Positions 59,505 through 64,000 of a DNA stretch of 64,000 nt are shown in pieces (the first letter of the stretch is position 1; every line of letters starts with the position of its first letter). Origin of the DNA: an uncultured delta proteobacterium (GTDB taxonomy: Bacteria; Desulfobacterota; BSN033; UBA1163); NCBI GenBank assembly GCA_963827685.1, contig CAWHBU010000005.1, positions 96,001 to 160,000 on the forward strand. Direction: 5' to 3'. Position numbers and translations under genes: made by a program. The notes under the pieces were generated by a model, which was not told the origin of the DNA, made no database searches, and saw only the letters and a list, made by a program, of their open reading frames with translations.

Positions 59505-60983
59505 TTAATATTTGGATTTAAATATTAAATATTTTTCTCGATCTTTAACGGTAAGCCGAGGGCCTTCTTGGACTGAAAAATCCTTCTGAACTAACTCTAT
59601 AAGTTGGGGATAGTCTCTTTTGATATTCTTTTCTTCGGCCACAATATATTTAATCCCATCCGCTCTGGCTTCACGGATATTCTTCTCATAATTCAATTTA
59701 TCCATTATCAAGAGTTCGCCTCCAGCATAATAGGCCACTAAATGGGCGTCAGTCATTATTAATGGTTTCCCGATTTCTTGATGTCTTATCCAAAGGCCGA
59801 TGGCCTTTCTACCAAGTTTTTCCACCCGGTAGGGGTGTAGGAGAACAGGCAAAAACACAATGAAAATAAGAACGAACAGACCTGTGGTCACTCTATTGGG
59901 AGAAAAATGTACCCTTCTCACTACCTTGTCCTGAATCTCCACAGCTCCGGCCCCCGCCCATAGATAAGAGAGAAAAATCGGGAAAAAGAGGTATCTCTGG
60001 GATGAAAACATCATCAAGCCGATAATGATTAGGTAGCCAAAGATAAAAGAAAATAGAAACATTTCCTTGAAAAAGTCTCGTGGTATCGTCTTTCTTCTAA
60101 TGAGGCCTGCCAACAAAAATAGAAATAGAATGGGATGGTACACTTTTATTATTTTCTTGATCAATGGGAAAGGTCCCCTTTCAACTCCAGCAATTTCAAT
60201 CTTCTTATCAAAAAGAATAGACTCTACCAAATCGCCCACGGTTACTATCGACCTACTGATGTCCCACTTTCCTGTAACCGCCTTGACATTTATCATCAGA
60301 GGTATAACAACCGCTGCGCAAAGAGTCAGAACAAGAAAGAGATAGCACAATCTTTTGTAAAGATTCGCGTCGAAATATTTCCTTTTTAGAAATAAGATCC
60401 AGAAGATGAACACCGGAATAAGTATCAGAGATGCAACCCGGGTTAGGACAGCCATAAGTGTTATAAGGATTGAAGCCACAAGCCAGGATATTCTTCTATG
60501 CTTCAGAAAAAGATAGAATAAGAAGATGGCGGAGAATAGCAAAAAAATCAAAAGCCCTTCTTTTAATACGTCTGCTGACCGCTGGAGCATTTCTGGATTC
60601 AAAAAATAGAAAATCCCTGACCAAAATGCTGCGGCTTCTCCAAATATGGATTTTCCCAAAAGAAACAGGGGAATGACTGCTAAGATGCTTGAAATGAAAG
60701 AAATGAGTTGACCGGAAATCTCAAAATTTCCAATCATTTTTGCGAGTATAGAAATTAAATAAGGAAACAATGGCATTTGAGTTTGATGTAAGGCCTCCTG
60801 GTGCTCTCCCCAGGCAAATAATTTTGCTATTGGGATATAGCCGGCTGAATCAAGCGAAATCAGGTAGGTCTGAGAAAGAAAGATCATTCTCGTCAAAAAA
60901 CCAATTCCTAAGAGAACAGAAATACATTGCCAATCACTCCTGGAAATTATTTTGTACTCCTCAGGCCTTTGATTATTACTCAT
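59505..60983 (-). CDS. GT-C fold membrane glycosyltransferase (GT39/ArnT-like)
   Basis: DSAGY loop after TM1, PLFP, multiple TM segments, RYLFF. Confidence 0.7.
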   Translation of the reverse strand: MSNNQRPEEYKIISRSDWQCISVLLGIGFLTRMIFLSQTYLISLDSAGYIPIAKLFAWGEHQEALHQTQMPLFPYLISILAKMIGNFEISGQLISFISSILAVIPLFLLGKSIFGEAAAFWSGIFYFLNPEMLQRSADVLKEGLLIFLLFSAIFLFYLFLKHRRISWLVASILITLMAVLTRVASLILIPVFIFWILFLKRKYFDANLYKRLCYLFLVLTLCAAVVIPLMINVKAVTGKWDISRSIVTVGDLVESILFDKKIEIAGVERGPFPLIKKIIKVYHPILFLFLLAGLIRRKTIPRDFFKEMFLFSFIFGYLIIIGLMMFSSQRYLFFPIFLSYLWAGAGAVEIQDKVVRRVHFSPNRVTTGLFVLIFIVFLPVLLHPYRVEKLGRKAIGLWIRHQEIGKPLIMTDAHLVAYYAGGELLIMDKLNYEKNIREARADGIKYIVAEEKNIKRDYPQLIELVQKDFSVQEGPRLTVKDREKYLIFKSKY

Positions 60984-62820
60984 AGATAATTTGACATCTT
61001 CTTACAAAAAGGTTTCTATCCTCAATGTTTTTTGTTTTTTCATCAACCTTCCAAAAATCATTTGTAAATGAAATGCTTAGACTGTACTTTCCTGGGTTAA
61101 CCGCTTTCCTAAATTCATAATCCTTCAATTTCTCTGATGTGACATCAATCTCACCCATGATTTCATTATCAAGTTTTACTACCATGTGAGGCCAGATGCC
61201 TCTTGCTGGTGTCCCGTGCGCCTGCAAGATAAATTTAGTATTGCCCTCTTTCAAGATAACAGGCACAGATACAGTCCCCTGCCAATACATGTCTCCATTT
61301 TGATAAACGTTTTCCCCTGCTTTACCCTTCCAATCTGCTGCTTCAACAACTTTGCTTGCAACTTTTTCGATTAAATTACCCATCTCAATGGCTTTCTCTT
61401 CCAAACCCATCTTTGCATATAGCTTCTTTAGATGATAAAATCCTCCAATATTTTTCTTGTCCAGTACGCTCAATTTTTCAAAAACCTCAACAGCTTTAAG
61501 GTCTTGGTGAATATTTTCGTATCCTATCCCAAGATAATAATATCCCTCAGCGAAGTTCGGATTTAATCTGACCACCTTCTCTAATGCATGACATCCATCC
61601 AGATATTGCCTGGATTCAAGATATGCCCTACCTAAAAAGAAATAAGCTTCATAATTATGAGGAATAAATTCTGCTGCCTTTAGAAGGTATTTGATAGCCA
61701 ACTGTGTCAGTTCTTCTTTAAACAGTCCTTCCCCTATAATAAGATAATCTTCTGCATGCTCAAAAGACATCGGATGCGTTTCTTGAAGGTTTCTGATAAA
61801 TTCTAAGGCTTTGTCTATCTTCCCATCTTTTATAAATGCGTGGATGTAGGGCGGATAAAGGTTCATTTCTCTTGGTCTTAAGAATATTAACTTTCTATAG
61901 GCCTCATAGGCCTTCTTCCAGTCTTTTTGCTTGTAGAAAATTTCAGCAAGACCCCGATTCGCTTCAAAGTTAAAAGCCTGATTAACCAAAATTTCCCTAT
62001 AGTAATTAGAAGCCTCGTTGAAACTCCCTTTCTCCGTGCTCATTTTTCCAAGCTCATTCATGGCCATAGTATCAACGAATTCTATCTTGGGCATTTTATT
62101 AAGCTTTAATAAATCATGCCACAACTTTTCCTCCGACCTTGTATGAAGAGCCTTATGGTAAGCAGTATAGACTATGTAGGTCTTTAAGGCCCCTATTCCA
62201 ATAAGGAGAATCAGAACCCCTAATGTGGCGGGTTTTAAAAAAATATCCATTTTTCTCGGAGACAGGTATTTTAGAGATAAATTTAGAGAATAGAATAGGA
62301 CGAACCCAGAGGCAATTATAATATAGATAGAGTAATCAGGGATGAGTTTTGCTTGTGGCGATATTTCGTCGATATTCAGAACGAAAAGAAAAAACATTGC
62401 TAAGCTAACCAAAATAATCCCTGGATTGGCTTTATTTATTAAATCATGAAAAGTTTGATTGGAGTCTTGAACCGGCGGAGAATCAACTCTAATTTTTTGA
62501 TATGAAACCAAAGATACGGATCCTACAAAGATAATAAGCAGGGTAAGCCACCCAGGAATTGAGAGGAACCACCAGTTGATGTTTCCAGGATGAAAGTTGT
62601 TGATGTAGAATTGACTGAGGAGGAAAATTAAAAGGAAAATAAGAAAATTATTCCATGCGCCCGGAGTTATTCTCCTGAATTTGAGACCAATCACATATAG
62701 ACAAATCAGAATAAATAGAAATAGATTTTCCTTCCAATTCAAATGGGAATAGGCGAAAATACATATAAACAAAAACAGATACACACTAACCGAAAGGATA
62801 AGGGGGATTCTTTTCATCAT
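60976..62820 (-). CDS. Membrane protein with TPR repeats and a C-terminal carbohydrate-binding (CBM60-like) domain
   Basis: About 7 N-terminal TM segments, TPR repeats (AYFFLG, GYYYLG), C-terminal AHG...WPHMVV...FTND...DRNLFV. Confidence 0.65.
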   Translation of the reverse strand: MMKRIPLILSVSVYLFLFICIFAYSHLNWKENLFLFILICLYVIGLKFRRITPGAWNNFLIFLLIFLLSQFYINNFHPGNINWWFLSIPGWLTLLIIFVGSVSLVSYQKIRVDSPPVQDSNQTFHDLINKANPGIILVSLAMFFLFVLNIDEISPQAKLIPDYSIYIIIASGFVLFYSLNLSLKYLSPRKMDIFLKPATLGVLILLIGIGALKTYIVYTAYHKALHTRSEEKLWHDLLKLNKMPKIEFVDTMAMNELGKMSTEKGSFNEASNYYREILVNQAFNFEANRGLAEIFYKQKDWKKAYEAYRKLIFLRPREMNLYPPYIHAFIKDGKIDKALEFIRNLQETHPMSFEHAEDYLIIGEGLFKEELTQLAIKYLLKAAEFIPHNYEAYFFLGRAYLESRQYLDGCHALEKVVRLNPNFAEGYYYLGIGYENIHQDLKAVEVFEKLSVLDKKNIGGFYHLKKLYAKMGLEEKAIEMGNLIEKVASKVVEAADWKGKAGENVYQNGDMYWQGTVSVPVILKEGNTKFILQAHGTPARGIWPHMVVKLDNEIMGEIDVTSEKLKDYEFRKAVNPGKYSLSISFTNDFWKVDEKTKNIEDRNLFVRRCQIIYE

Positions 62821-62869
62821 CAGGAAATCAGAAGAAAAGCAGTAGAACGGAACCGGGAGTGAGAAGAGA

Positions 62870-63544
62870 TCACTTTTTTAGGTTTTTGAAGGCTTTCTTA
62901 GCGTCGTCCATAAACTGCTTTACGGTCTCGCGGGAATACTTGTGATCAACCCATTTCGTAAGAAATTGGGGGGGAATGGTAATGATATGAGCGCCAGCTA
63001 CAGCTGCATTCTGGATGTCGATCACACTCCGAATACTTCCCACTATAATCTTTGTCTTAAAACCCCAAGATTCGAGCCATTTGACTGACATAGAAATTAA
63101 CTCCCAGGGATCGCCTCCCTCATCTGCAACTCTCCCAGAAAAGATGCTCGAGTAGGTTGCTCCAGATTTGGCTGAGAGTGCCATCTGGCCGAAAGATAGT
63201 GCGGCTGTGGCATTGACCCGAATTCCTTCATCCTCAAGAGTTTTGATTACCTCAAGACATGGTTCCCCGAACTGACTAATTATAGGGATTTTAATCACGA
63301 CGTTTTTAGCCCATGAAGAGAATTCTCGGGCCTGGCTCAACATCTCTTCAGGGTTATCAGTGACAACCTCCACACTTACAGGTTTTCCATCTAAGATAGC
63401 AGCAATATCCTTCGTTCCTTTTTCCATATCACTAACACCATCCTTAAGCATGATAGTTGGATTAGTTGTTACACCGTCGGCGATTCCATACCTAACCCAC
63501 TTCTCGATCTCCCTAATGTTGGCCGAATCAATAAAGATTTGCAT
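62870..63544 (-). CDS. Transaldolase family protein (FSA-like)
   Basis: IFIDSA, GVTTNPT, VIKIP, NAT, GSIR. Confidence 0.88.
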   Translation of the reverse strand: MQIFIDSANIREIEKWVRYGIADGVTTNPTIMLKDGVSDMEKGTKDIAAILDGKPVSVEVVTDNPEEMLSQAREFSSWAKNVVIKIPIISQFGEPCLEVIKTLEDEGIRVNATAALSFGQMALSAKSGATYSSIFSGRVADEGGDPWELISMSVKWLESWGFKTKIIVGSIRSVIDIQNAAVAGAHIITIPPQFLTKWVDHKYSRETVKQFMDDAKKAFKNLKK

Positions 63545-63577
63545 AAGGCCCCCTACTTATAGGTTATAGGTGATTGG

Positions 63578-64000
63578 TTACATGCTAGAGATTTTGATGA
63601 TTTCAACGGCTTCTAAAAGCGAATTTACACGAAAGTCGCATCGGATATCTCGGTTATAAAGGGCATCCAATAAAATAGTTTTACAGCCAGCGGCTTTACC
63701 GGCTTCCATATCTTTCCACGTATCGCCAACAATAAATGACGACGAAAGATCGATTTCCCATCGGGAGGCTGCTTCGAGCAACATCCCGGGTTTGGGTTTT
63801 CGACATGAACATTGATGGATATCATCATGAGGACAGACATAGACATTATCAATAGGGATTTCCCCGCACATTCGTTCCGTCATCAGATCGAGAACGCCTT
63901 GAGTGATTTCACCTCTATCCAAATCGGGCTGGTTGCTTACGACCAAGATCTTATATCCTAATTCCTTCATCTTACAAACAGCTTCTCGAATTCCATCATT
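63578..64000 (-). CDS. gmhB: HAD-IIIA phosphatase, D-glycero-D-manno-heptose 1,7-bisphosphate phosphatase-like, 5' partial
   Basis: VVSNQ, CPH....C.CRKPKPGML, VGD..KD..AG. Confidence 0.8.
   Translation of the reverse strand, partial: NDGIREAVCKMKELGYKILVVSNQPDLDRGEITQGVLDLMTERMCGEIPIDNVYVCPHDDIHQCSCRKPKPGMLLEAASRWEIDLSSSFIVGDTWKDMEAGKAAGCKTILLDALYNRDIRCDFRVNSLLEAVEIIKISSM

Overview
Chromosomal window from what looks like an anaerobic Gram-negative bacterium, probably Desulfobacterota/Deltaproteobacteria (inferred from gene content and repeat families). In order it contains: (1) the end of a Liv-type ABC operon with an embedded acyl-CoA ligase. (2) A divergent uptake locus: radical SAM, double ECF ATPase and an EcfT/S fusion on one arm, and a class I methyltransferase and TonB-dependent receptor on the other. 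Its three leaders carry five copies of a ~45-50 nt two-hairpin/terminator RNA element that I cannot assign to a known family; this is the best candidate for an undescribed system. (3) An IS3 element, MFS transporter, acyl-CoA ligase, dinB, an IorAB-like molybdoenzyme and an IS200. (4) A nicotinate-degradation-like cluster and a second CoA-catabolic module, each headed by a near-identical copy of one XRE-cupin regulator 10,107 bp apart, with a truncated ALDH remnant at the junction. (5) ttcA-like and HhH-GPD genes, a YbhGFSR-like efflux system, an IS1202/ISNCY element with a 17-bp target duplication next to rel, rpmB, and glycosylation/heptose genes. The intergenic DNA is rich in small repeats: 7/8-mer inverted arrays, GTAG-type REP doublets, a GIY-YIG gene between dRS3-like hairpins, and CCTGC...GCAGG mini-elements nested up to four deep. 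No rRNA, tRNA or CRISPR array was seen. All calls come from motif recognition only; no database search was run.
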